NCBI GenBank assembly: GCA_965213685.1
Contig: CBDBZY010000013.1
Span: forward strand, 1 to 64,000
Length of the DNA stretch: 64,000 nt
Direction of reading: 5' to 3'
Source: a bacterium
GTDB lineage: Bacteria > UBA8248
The position numbers were made by a program, and so were the translations under genes. Shown piece after piece: positions 30,788 to 40,016 of the stretch. Positions within the stretch are counted from its first letter, which is position 1; each line of letters opens with the position of its first letter. Under the pieces are notes generated by a model, which was given only the letters and a program-made list of their open reading frames with translations, was not told the origin of the DNA and ran no database searches.

Positions 30788-31807
30788 ATGGATGAGTTCG
30801 AGTTTTTTCTGGAAAAAGAGTGGTCGGACGGCTTGCCGGTCGTGACGCCGACGGAGGAGAGAGTTGGCCGCATGCTCGCCGGAACCGGCAGGGAGCCGGG
30901 CGAAATCATCGGGCGCGTCGCTCCGGCGGGCGGGGAGCTCAGCGTGCGGGGGGCGGCGACGCACGCCGTGATGGCGGGCTGCAAGCCCGCCTGCATGCCG
31001 GTGTTGATAGCGGGGCTGGAGGCGCTTCTCGACGAGCGCTTCAACGTCAACCTCATTCAGTCCACGACGAGTGCGGGCGCCCCCTTCCTGCTGGCCAACG
31101 GTCCCTACGCCAAGGAGATCGGCATGCACGGCGGCGTGGGGTGCATGGGCCCCGGCTTTCGCGCGAATCTCACCATCGGCCGCGCCGTCCGGCTCATCAT
31201 GATGAACCTGGGCGGCGGGGTTCCCGGGGTCACCTGCATGGGCGGCTTCGGTGGCCCCTGGCGAAGCACTTTTTGCATCATGGAGAACGAGGAGGAATCT
31301 CCCTGGGAGTCATATGCGGAGTCGAGGGGATTTTCCAAGGAGGACAACGTGGTCACCATGATTCCCCTCGAGGGGCCGGTGCAGGTGTGGGACGACGTCA
31401 GCCTGACCCCTGACAGGCTTCTGACGACCGTCGCCGACATGATGTCCGCCCTGGGCGCGCCCAACATGTACCGCCAGGCGGACATGGCGGTCGTCCTGGG
31501 CGCCCAGCACGCGCACCTGTGCGCGCAGGCCGGGCTCGCCCGAGGCGACGTGCACCGGAAATTGCTGGAGACGGGCGGTCGCACGATTCGGGAAATCAAG
31601 CGCGGCGGCATCTGGCGCGGCGAGAAGGGAGCGGATCGCTGGCCGTTTCCCGTGGACGTGGATGATGACGATTTTTTCGTGCCCGCCGTCGGCGACCCGG
31701 ATGATCTGCACCTGATCGTCGCCGGAAGCAGGGGTTCGCCCTCCAGCATGGTCATGCACGGAATCAGCGTGGCGTGTCGGGCGGTGACGAAAAAAATGGA
31801 CGTATAA
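30788..31807 (+). CDS. 'WSDGLPV' family hypothetical protein, paralog 4
   Basis: Same motifs as paralog 1. Confidence 0.85.
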   Translation: MDEFEFFLEKEWSDGLPVVTPTEERVGRMLAGTGREPGEIIGRVAPAGGELSVRGAATHAVMAGCKPACMPVLIAGLEALLDERFNVNLIQSTTSAGAPFLLANGPYAKEIGMHGGVGCMGPGFRANLTIGRAVRLIMMNLGGGVPGVTCMGGFGGPWRSTFCIMENEEESPWESYAESRGFSKEDNVVTMIPLEGPVQVWDDVSLTPDRLLTTVADMMSALGAPNMYRQADMAVVLGAQHAHLCAQAGLARGDVHRKLLETGGRTIREIKRGGIWRGEKGADRWPFPVDVDDDDFFVPAVGDPDDLHLIVAGSRGSPSSMVMHGISVACRAVTKKMDV

Positions 31808-31858
31808 GAGACTTTCTTCCCGAATTTGGACCGGGGGCCTCTTCTCGTTCCCGGGCGG

Positions 31859-34120
31859 CTAGCGGCCGTTGCTCTTGCCGTTTTTCTTCAGGACCGCCCA
31901 GCAGACCCGCTCGGGGGTGATGGGGAGATCGCAAACCTCCGTGCCTATCGCGTCGTTGATGGCGAGGGCGACGGCGGCCGGTGCGTTGTTGCAGGGCGGC
32001 TCTCCCACCCCGCGCGCCCCGTACGGCCCCGCCCCCTCCCCGCATTCGAGAACGACGGACTCGAACTCCCCGATGTCCGAGGAGGTGGGGATGAGGTATT
32101 CGTGAAAACTCTGGGATCGGCAGTCGCCCTCCACCATGGCGACTTCCTCGTGCAGTGCGTAGCCGATGCCCATCACCGCACCGCCCTCGAATTGTCCCTC
32201 CACGCTTTGGGGGTTCAGCGCGCGCCCCACGTCGTGGGCGGCGACGTGCTTCAGGAGGTTCACCTCGCCGGTTTCGACGTCGACTTCCACCTCGCTCGCA
32301 TGAACGCCGAAGGTGTAGTCCGACCAGCCGCCCATTCCGTTCATGTATCGCTCCGGATTCTCGTATTCATGGCCCGGCATGTTGTAGCCATGCGTGCAGT
32401 GGAGCGACTCGCCCATCTGCTTGGCCTCGCCCGCCGCCGCCCCGACGCTCACCCTCCTCTCCGGAGCGGACGCCACCCAGGCCTCCCCGCCCCCGAGGCG
32501 CACGTCCTCCTCGGCGGCTTCGAGCAACGAGGCCGCCCCCTTGAGGAGCGATTTTCGCACCTCCTCGGCGGCGCGCTGGACGGCGTGCCCCGCCATCAGC
32601 GTCTGCCGGGAGCCCGCGGTGATGCCGGAGAGCGGCGTGGTGGCGGAGTCGGACAGGCGGGTGGAGACCTGCCGGAGCCTAAGCCCCAGGGTTTCCGCCG
32701 TGATGCTCTGGAGCGTGGCGCCCTGCCCTGCGCCGATGTCCGGGGCGCTCACGCGCACCACCGCGCTGCCGTCGGGTTCGAGGTGAACCGCCGCGTTCGC
32801 GTCGTCATTCGGCCTTCCGTAGCCGGTGATGTTCGCCGCCGCCGCCCGGCCGATGCGCTTGCCCGGGCCCGGCTTTGCGGGTTTGCCCAAAGCCTGGAGC
32901 GCGCGGCCCAGGCACCCTTCGAGGTTTGGCTCGTAGGGGATTTTCTGGCCGGTGGGCAGCTCCTGTCCCTTCTGGATGAAGTTTTTTCGGCGCAACTCGT
33001 ATTTGTCCATGCCGATGGCGTCCGCGACCAGGTTCATCTGGTTCTCGTAGGCGAAGCAGACCTGGTTCGAGCCGACGCCGCGCATGGCGTTGGTGATGGG
33101 GTTGTTGGTGAGGTAGCCGTGCGCGCGAATTTGCGCGTTGGGGACGTCATAGGGGCCGGCGGCGATGCACATCGCGCCCAAGAGGAACAGGTTGGATTTG
33201 TATGGATAGGCGCCCGCGTCGCCCACGATGTCCGCCTGCATCGCCGTAATTTTTCCGTCCCGCGTCGCCCCCGTCTTGTACTTCATGTAGAAAGGGTGCT
33301 TCTTCGAGGTGTTGCGGATGCCCTCCTCCCTGCCGAGCACCATCACGGCGGGCCTGCGCGTATGCCAGGTGAGCAGCGCCAGGTAGGGCTCCACCGTCAG
33401 CATTCCCTTGGCGCCGAATCCGCCCCCCACATACGTGCCGAGGTGGCGAACGCGGCTCTGGGGGACTCCCAGGATGGCCGCGACCGCGCGATAGTATTCG
33501 ATGAGCTGCGTGCCGACGCGGATGGTGACGACGCCGTCTTCCTCCATCCAGGAGGTGCCGGAGGCGGGCTCCAGAAAGGCGTGCTCAGCCAGCTGGGTCG
33601 TGTATGTTTTCTCGATCACGACGTCGGCTTCGGCGAACGCGGCGCTCGCGTCCCCGCGCGCGACCTCGAAATCGCACGCCTGCCGCTTCCCGGCGCCCGT
33701 CTCGCCGTGCCGCGTGGTCCACACGCCAGCCTCCGCGTCGATCTCCACCTCGATGGCTGCGATGGCCGCATCGAGCGCCTCCCTCGTCTCGGCGCCCACG
33801 ACGGCGAGGGCGTCTCCCGTGAATTCGATCCGCTCCTCGACCAGCACGGGCTGATGCGGCAGTCCCGGCGTTCCCGAGCCGAAGCGCACGTTTTTGCCGG
33901 GAATGTCCTTCGCGGTCAGAACGGCGGCCACGCCGGGAATCTGTTTCGCCCGCGCGGCGTCGAGTTTTTTCAGGCGCCCCACGGGGACGGGCGTGAACAG
34001 GACGCCGCACTGCAAGGCGCCTGCGGGTATCGCGTCCTCTCCGTAGGGCATGGAGCCATCCGCCTTGGGGATGGAGTCATACCGAACGTTCGACTTGCCG
34101 ATGATGTCGTAATCGGCCAT
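31859..34120 (-). CDS. Xanthine dehydrogenase-family molybdopterin-binding subunit
   Basis: HAFLEP, GGGFGAK, AMRGVG, DIGAGQ, DVGRALNP..EGQ.EGG, GARGVGEPP. Confidence 0.93.
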   Translation of the reverse strand: MADYDIIGKSNVRYDSIPKADGSMPYGEDAIPAGALQCGVLFTPVPVGRLKKLDAARAKQIPGVAAVLTAKDIPGKNVRFGSGTPGLPHQPVLVEERIEFTGDALAVVGAETREALDAAIAAIEVEIDAEAGVWTTRHGETGAGKRQACDFEVARGDASAAFAEADVVIEKTYTTQLAEHAFLEPASGTSWMEEDGVVTIRVGTQLIEYYRAVAAILGVPQSRVRHLGTYVGGGFGAKGMLTVEPYLALLTWHTRRPAVMVLGREEGIRNTSKKHPFYMKYKTGATRDGKITAMQADIVGDAGAYPYKSNLFLLGAMCIAAGPYDVPNAQIRAHGYLTNNPITNAMRGVGSNQVCFAYENQMNLVADAIGMDKYELRRKNFIQKGQELPTGQKIPYEPNLEGCLGRALQALGKPAKPGPGKRIGRAAAANITGYGRPNDDANAAVHLEPDGSAVVRVSAPDIGAGQGATLQSITAETLGLRLRQVSTRLSDSATTPLSGITAGSRQTLMAGHAVQRAAEEVRKSLLKGAASLLEAAEEDVRLGGGEAWVASAPERRVSVGAAAGEAKQMGESLHCTHGYNMPGHEYENPERYMNGMGGWSDYTFGVHASEVEVDVETGEVNLLKHVAAHDVGRALNPQSVEGQFEGGAVMGIGYALHEEVAMVEGDCRSQSFHEYLIPTSSDIGEFESVVLECGEGAGPYGARGVGEPPCNNAPAAVALAINDAIGTEVCDLPITPERVCWAVLKKNGKSNGR

Positions 34121-34328
34121 GGGCTCACTCCTTCAGCGATGGGGGAGGGGTTCCATGAATCAGGCGGGATTTTGCCAGAATTCCGCCAAATTGAGAAGCG
34201 GACGCAGGATGCGCGCGTCCTCTCGCGGGGAGGATGGGCGATAAGGGCGCGCGCCCATGGACAGGAGATCGTTTGCGGGATATGATTTGCGGGCGTTTCC
34301 TTTCACATATCTCTGAATGGAGAATGCC

Positions 34329-34859
34329 ATGGCGAACGGAATGGGATTTATCGACCCGACGGCGGGCGGGTCGGCCGCGAAAGTGGAGCTGGCGCGGCGG
34401 CCCGCCAATCTTTCCGGCAAGGTGGTGGGGCTCCTGGACAACACGAAGGAGCAGGCGGACATTATCCTGGAAACCCTGGGGAGTGCGCTTCGCGAGCGAT
34501 ACGACGTGGCCCGAGTCGTCGCACTACGCAAGGAGCACTACTCGAAGCCTGCCCCCGATGAGATGATCGAGGAGATGGCGCAGGAGGTGGACGTGGCCAT
34601 CGCCGCACTCGGGGGCTGAGGCTCCTGCACGTTGTGCAGTGTGCACGACACGGTCGAATTTGAGAAACGCGGGGTTCCCTCGACCACCATCATCACCGAG
34701 GCGTTCAAGAACGCGGCGGACTTCCAGTTCCGCGGCAAGGGGATGGAGGGGCACCCATACGTTCAGCTGCCCCATCCGGTCAGCAACCTGCAGCCCGAGG
34801 AGATGCGGGAGACGACGCTGCGGTTCGTGGAGGAAGTGGCGAGCCACCTGAGGGGCTGA
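34329..34859 (+). CDS. UGSC-motif selenoprotein (thioredoxin-like)
   Basis: LSGKVVGLLDNTK..ALGG-TGA(34617-19)-GSCTLCSVHD..EKRGVP..LPHP, all in one frame. Confidence 0.88.
34631..34649 (+). promoter_or_regulatory. Putative SECIS element
   Basis: 8-bp stem GTTGTGCA/TGCACGAC (one G-U), loop GTG, 19 nt after the TGA. Confidence 0.65.
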
Positions 34860-34897
34860 TGCGAGCGGCAGCCCCGCAGCGTGTTCCGGGAGGGAGC

Positions 34898-35680
34898 GTG
34901 CGCGAGTTGGAAACGTTGTCCTACGAGGAAGCGGACGGATTGGCGGTGGTGCGGCTTCGCCGTCCGGAGAGCCTGAACGCGGTGAACTTCCGGATGGCCC
35001 AGGAGTTCGTGGACCTGGCGCGCGCCCTGGCCGAGGCGCCCGACGTGCGCGTGGTCGTCCTCACGGGGGAAGGACGCGCTTTCAGCACGGGCCGGGACCT
35101 CAAGGAGAGCGCCGCGCATACGCAGGAGAGGGCGGATCAATACCAGCGGCACGTGATGGCGACGACGACGCTGTGGGAGAGCTTGCCCATGCCCACCATC
35201 GCCGCCGTCAATGGCCATGCGTTTGGCTGGGGCGTGGAGATCACGCTGGCGTGCGACATCAGGCTGGCCGCCGAGGAAGCCACCTTTTGCCTGCCCGAAT
35301 GCAGCTTGGGCATTTTCCCGGGAGCGGGCGGCGTCGTCAGGCTTCAAAGAATCATGCCGTCCGGGTACGCCAAGGAGCTGGTTTTCACGAGCAAGCGCAT
35401 TGACGGAAAAGAGGCGGAGCGCATCGGCCTGGTGAACCGGGCGCATCCGGCGGATGCGCTCATGGACGAGGCGACGGCCATGGCGGAGCGGATACGGGGC
35501 AATGGCCCCCTGGGGGTTCGCGGTGCGAAGAAGGTGATCGATCAAACGTTCGACATGCCGCGCACGCAGGCCGTCGCGTTTTCCAACGCCCTCAGATTGC
35601 CCCTGAACCACACCAGGGATTTTGCCGAGGCGCTCTCGGCGTTCCGGGAGAAGAGAAAACCCGTTTTCACGGGAGAGTAA
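34898..35680 (+). CDS. Enoyl-CoA hydratase/isomerase
   Basis: RPESLNA, AFSTGRDL, PTIAAVNGHAFGWGVE, LPE..LGIFPG; alternative ATG at 34859 overlaps the UGSC stop. Confidence 0.92.
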   Translation: MRELETLSYEEADGLAVVRLRRPESLNAVNFRMAQEFVDLARALAEAPDVRVVVLTGEGRAFSTGRDLKESAAHTQERADQYQRHVMATTTLWESLPMPTIAAVNGHAFGWGVEITLACDIRLAAEEATFCLPECSLGIFPGAGGVVRLQRIMPSGYAKELVFTSKRIDGKEAERIGLVNRAHPADALMDEATAMAERIRGNGPLGVRGAKKVIDQTFDMPRTQAVAFSNALRLPLNHTRDFAEALSAFREKRKPVFTGE

Positions 35681-35728
35681 TCAGGGGAGAGTAAGGGAGG
35701 GGTCGGGAAATTTGCGGCCCAAACGCCG

Positions 35729-35759
35729 GGCCCGTTCTCTCGGGAGCGGGCCTTTTATT
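35729..35759 (+). terminator. Rho-independent terminator
   Basis: GGCCCGTTCT-CTCG-GGAGCGGGCC then TTTTATT. Confidence 0.65.
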
Positions 35760-35786
35760 ATATAGAGGGAGTGCGAAGGAGACTGT

Positions 35787-37565
35787 ATGATCCGTTTGGC
35801 AATGGCGATTCTGGCGCTTGCGGGCGCGATTCTCTCCGGTGCGATCGGAGGGCGGGCCGTTCAGGCTGCGCCGCTTCGGGCGGAGCGGCCGAACGTCGTC
35901 CTGATTCTCGTGGACGACCTGGGCTATAACGACGTCGGCTTTCAGGGCGCCACCGACATCCGGACGCCGAACATCGACCGCATCGCCAGGGAGGGCGTCG
36001 TATTCACCAACGGCTATGTGGCGTCAGCGGTTTGTGCCGCCTCGCGCGCCGGCCTGCTGACGGGGCGCTATCCCGCGCGCTTCGGGATGGATGGCAACAT
36101 CCCCTACGCGCCTTTTGATTCGCATATCGGTCTGCCGGTGCGTCAGACGACGTTCGCCCGGCGCCTGCAGGCCGCCGGCTACCGCACTGGACTGGTGGGC
36201 AAATGGCATCTGGGAGCCGCGCCTCGCTTTCTCCCGCGCAATCGCGGGTTCGACTATTTCTTCGGCTTCGTGGGCGGCGGGCACACCTATTGGGGCCGAG
36301 ATGTTGACGCCGCCAATTTGACCAACTGGGCGAGAACCCCGATCATCGACAATGCCGCCGCGGCCGTCCTGCAAGACGATGACTACCTGACCGACGTTCT
36401 GACCGACCGGGCGATCGGTTTCATCCAGGCAAAATCGAAGGCGCCGTTTTTTCTCTACCTCTCCTATAACGCGCCCCACACCCCGCTCCAAGCGCCGCAC
36501 AAGCTGATTCGGAAATATGCCCACATCCCGCGAGACAAGCGGCGCCGATACCTGGCGATGGTGGATTCGCTGGACGCGAACGTGGGGCGGTTGCTGGACG
36601 CGCTGGAGAAATCGGGCCGGCGGGACAACACCGTCCTTTTCTTTCTGAGCGACAATGGCGGCTTCAGGGACTTCGGCCGCAAGAATCCAGGCTGGGCGGA
36701 CAACAGGCCGCTGCGGGGGGGCAAGACCGCGCATTACGAGGGCGGGATTCGGGTGCCTTTCGTCGCCTCCTGGCCCAGGGCGTGGCCGCAGGGGGAGACG
36801 TATGAGCCGATGGTCATCAGCCTGGACATCGCTTCCACCGTGATGGCACTCGCCGGCCGCCCGATCCGCTTGGACGGGGTCAATCTTGATCCTTACTTGC
36901 GCGGCGCGGCCGCCGGTCCTCCCCACAAGGCCTTGTTTTGGCGACACGGAGTCCGCTACGCCGTCCGCGCCGGCGACCTGAAGCTCATCCGGGGAAAGAC
37001 TGTCGGGCCAACGGAGCTTTTCAACCTGCGGGAGGACGTTGGCGAGACGCGAGACCTGATGGGCGCGGACCCCGAGGCCGGACGTCGGCTCGTCCGTCTT
37101 TGGAACGAGTGGAATCAAAAGAACGCCCCCGACCCCATATTCCTGGGAACGTGGCATTACTCGGTAAGACGGCACAGGTTTATGGTGGAATCCCATCGCT
37201 TTGCGACTTACGGGAAGGGAGCACAGCCTCTGAAGTGGCGTCTCCGGGGAGTCGAGGCGCCCCCCTCTCCCCCTCTCCTCCGCCCCCCTCCCCCCCCGTT
37301 AAATCTCAAAGGTTCCGGGTATGTCGGAGGGATACTTCTCGAGTGGGACCACAGTGCGGACGCTGCGGGCTATGAGTTCCGGCTAAAGAGCTCGAGAGAA
37401 ACCGCGTGGCGGCCGTGGAAGCACGCTCGGGTAGTAAAGGCGTGGCGATCGGAATGCCCCCTGCCCGGCCTGACCCGCAACCTGCTTTACTATGTGCAGT
37501 TGCGCGCCAAGAACGCCGCTGGCAAGGGCAGGCCGAGTCCGGTTTTGGTGGTGAAGACGAAATAG
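35787..37565 (+). CDS. Secreted sulfatase with C-terminal fibronectin type III domain
   Basis: PNVVLILVDDLG, CAASRAGLLTG, GKWHLG, SDNG; Pro-rich linker; LEW..Y..L....Y.VQLRAKNAAGKG. Confidence 0.9.
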   Translation: MIRLAMAILALAGAILSGAIGGRAVQAAPLRAERPNVVLILVDDLGYNDVGFQGATDIRTPNIDRIAREGVVFTNGYVASAVCAASRAGLLTGRYPARFGMDGNIPYAPFDSHIGLPVRQTTFARRLQAAGYRTGLVGKWHLGAAPRFLPRNRGFDYFFGFVGGGHTYWGRDVDAANLTNWARTPIIDNAAAAVLQDDDYLTDVLTDRAIGFIQAKSKAPFFLYLSYNAPHTPLQAPHKLIRKYAHIPRDKRRRYLAMVDSLDANVGRLLDALEKSGRRDNTVLFFLSDNGGFRDFGRKNPGWADNRPLRGGKTAHYEGGIRVPFVASWPRAWPQGETYEPMVISLDIASTVMALAGRPIRLDGVNLDPYLRGAAAGPPHKALFWRHGVRYAVRAGDLKLIRGKTVGPTELFNLREDVGETRDLMGADPEAGRRLVRLWNEWNQKNAPDPIFLGTWHYSVRRHRFMVESHRFATYGKGAQPLKWRLRGVEAPPSPPLLRPPPPPLNLKGSGYVGGILLEWDHSADAAGYEFRLKSSRETAWRPWKHARVVKAWRSECPLPGLTRNLLYYVQLRAKNAAGKGRPSPVLVVKTK

Positions 37566-37695
37566 CGCGGGAGGCGCAGGCAAGCGGTTGTGGGCGGGGC
37601 GCTATCCTCCCCGTCCTTTGGGGTGCGGAGAGCGGGCGGTTCGGGGCTTTGCGCCGGCCGATTATTTACAGGCGCGGGAAAATATCGAATAATCC

Positions 37696-38127
37696 ATGCG
37701 TCTGTTTCGCGCGATGGTTCCGGATGCGGGAGTCGTTTCGGGCATGAAGGTGCGGGAATGTCCTTTGCAGGCGGTGGCGATTGCGCGATTCGAGGAAGAC
37801 GCCCGGGACGCCTGGATCGCCATGAACAGGATAAACGCTCCCTGGGCGGCCGTTTTTGACGGCGGGCGCCTGGTGGGCCTCCTGAACAAGGGGGACATCG
37901 ATGCGTTTCTTCGCGTCCCCGAGACGTTTCGGTGCGCGGGCGAGGTCGCCGAAAAGGGAATGCCCGCGCGGCGCGGCATGTCGTTGTCGCCGGAGGCGGA
38001 TCTGAACGAGGCCGTTCTGCGGCTGGAGATGGCGGGGAGCGACGCCGCTTTTGTCGCCGGGGCCGGCGCCCCGCCCGGCGTCATGGAGGCGGACGCCGCG
38101 CGTCGGGTGCTGTCGCATTCCGCATGA
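37696..38127 (+). CDS. CBS domain protein
   Basis: DAWIAM..AVFDGGRLVGLLNKGDI; SPEADLNEAV. Confidence 0.65.
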   Translation: MRLFRAMVPDAGVVSGMKVRECPLQAVAIARFEEDARDAWIAMNRINAPWAAVFDGGRLVGLLNKGDIDAFLRVPETFRCAGEVAEKGMPARRGMSLSPEADLNEAVLRLEMAGSDAAFVAGAGAPPGVMEADAARRVLSHSA

Positions 38128-38230
38128 TGCGCTTTTTCCGGCGCCGGGCCGGGGCGTCCGGCTCGCGCACGAAGGCGATGGTCGAAACCGGTCTCCTCTC
38201 CCTTTTTGGGGGAGGAGCGGGAGGAGGTCC

Positions 38231-39427
38231 ATGGAATTCACCCTGAATGAAGAGCAGTTGCGAATCCAGCAGATAGCCAGAAAATTCTCCTACGAAGAGC
38301 TGGCGCCGGTGGCTCCTGCGCGCGACCGCATTCCGGACTGGGAGGAGCGAATGCCGTGGGACCTGACGGAGAAGGCGAGTGCCCTGGGTCTTCGGCAGCT
38401 GCCCTACCCCAGGGAATACGGCGGGATGGACGCCGACGTTCTCTCCTGCTGTCTGGCGGGCGAGGAGCTCGCCGCGGGCGATCTGGGTTTTGCGGTGAAC
38501 CTGGATCAAACCTGGAAGCTCTCCCACATACTGGAAAAGGTGGCGCCGGAGCTTCGGGAGCCCTGGATAAGGCGCCTGTGCGGGGAGCCGAGGTTCCTTG
38601 TCGCGATTTCCATGACGGAAGAGGGGGCGGGAAGCGACCACCAGGGATATTACGATGACCCCTCCGTCGCGCTGTATGCGCGCGCGGAGAAAAGAAACGG
38701 CAAGTGGATCATCAACGGCAAAAAGCGATACATCAGCAACGGGCCCGTGGCCTCGCTGCACGTCCTGGCGGCGAGAACCGACCTCGGCAAGAGTTTGCGG
38801 GAGGGACTCACCGGTTTTCTGGTTCCCAGGGATACCCCGGGAGTATCGATTGGCCACGTGCACGAGAAAATCGGCCAGCGCCTTTCGATGAATTCGGAAA
38901 TCTTCTACGAGGACGTCGAGATTCCCGAGAACCACGTCATCCTGGGCGAGGGGAACATGTTCGAGATCAGGGGCAACCTCCTGGCGATGGGAAAGCCCGA
39001 GGCCGCCGCCACCGCCCTAGGCGTCGGCCGCGCCGCGTTCGAGAAAGCCCTCGACTACAGCCGCGCGCGCGTCCAAGGGGGCGCGCCCATCGCCCGGCAC
39101 CAGGCGATAGAAACCATGCTCGCCGATATGGCGATGAATCTGGACATCGCGCGCACCTATGTCTGGCGCACCGCCTGGGCGGTGGATCATCAAAAGCCGT
39201 ATGATTTCACGCAAGGGTGGAAGTGCAAGATTTTCGCGTCGGAAGTCGCCTTCGAGTGCGCGCGCCTGGGGATGGAAATCTTCGGCGGCGCGGGCATCAT
39301 GCAAGCCGCGCCCATGGAGAAGTATCTTCGGGACGCCAGCACGTTCCTGCATTCGGACGGCACGAACCAGGTGCTGCGGCTCAGAACGGCGCGGGCTTAT
39401 GTGAACGGCGCGGCCATGGCGTTCTAG
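38231..39427 (+). CDS. Acyl-CoA dehydrogenase family protein
   Basis: MTEEGAGSD, NGKKRYISNG, RVQGGAPI..HQAI, FGGAG, YLRDA. Confidence 0.93.
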   Translation: MEFTLNEEQLRIQQIARKFSYEELAPVAPARDRIPDWEERMPWDLTEKASALGLRQLPYPREYGGMDADVLSCCLAGEELAAGDLGFAVNLDQTWKLSHILEKVAPELREPWIRRLCGEPRFLVAISMTEEGAGSDHQGYYDDPSVALYARAEKRNGKWIINGKKRYISNGPVASLHVLAARTDLGKSLREGLTGFLVPRDTPGVSIGHVHEKIGQRLSMNSEIFYEDVEIPENHVILGEGNMFEIRGNLLAMGKPEAAATALGVGRAAFEKALDYSRARVQGGAPIARHQAIETMLADMAMNLDIARTYVWRTAWAVDHQKPYDFTQGWKCKIFASEVAFECARLGMEIFGGAGIMQAAPMEKYLRDASTFLHSDGTNQVLRLRTARAYVNGAAMAF

Positions 39428-39452
39428 CGGCCTCTGGGGAGGGACGCTCCGG

Positions 39453-40016
39453 ATGGCGGACGGGCGGCGGCAGGGCGCATTGTTTCATCCGGCGGCTGCG
39501 GTTGCGGCCGCGCGCTGGCTGGAGCGGGTGCGCGCGGAATTTTCTGTCTTTGTGTCGGATGCGGGAATTGCGGAAATCCGGATGCTGGACGGCGTGGAAA
39601 AGCCCCGCGCGGCGCGCCATGCGAACGCGCAATCCACGCCGTTGCGTCGGCGGGCGGCGGAGCAGATACGGGAATACCTGCGCGGTGACCGGAGGAGGTT
39701 TCAGCTGCGGGCGGATCTCTCCTCCCTGTCCCCCTTCATGGAGGCGGTGCTCGGGCAGACGAGAAAGATTCCCTACGGCGAGACGCGCTCCTATGGCTGG
39801 GTGGCGCGGGAGATCGGCAGTCCCGGGGCGTCGCGGGCCGTCGGCCAGGCGTTGCACAGAAACCCCGTTCCGCTCCTCATACCCTGACATCGCGTTATCG
39901 CGGGCTCGGGCGAGCTCGGCGGATTCGCCAGCGGCCTGCCGCTGAAGGCGGCGCTCCTGGCCCATGAGGGGCATGTCGAAATCGCGGGAGGAAGCCATGT
40001 CGAGACCGATGCGTGA
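39453..40016 (+). CDS. ogt: Methylated-DNA--protein-cysteine methyltransferase with Sec at the acceptor site (P-U-H-R)
   Basis: IPYGETRSYG..A..IGSPGASRAVG..NPVPLLIP-TGA(39885-87)-HRVIAGSGELGGFASG..K..LL.HE. Confidence 0.87.
39901..39918 (+). promoter_or_regulatory. Putative SECIS element
   Basis: 7-bp stem CGGGCTC/GAGCTCG (one G-U), loop GGGC, 20 nt after the TGA. Confidence 0.65.
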
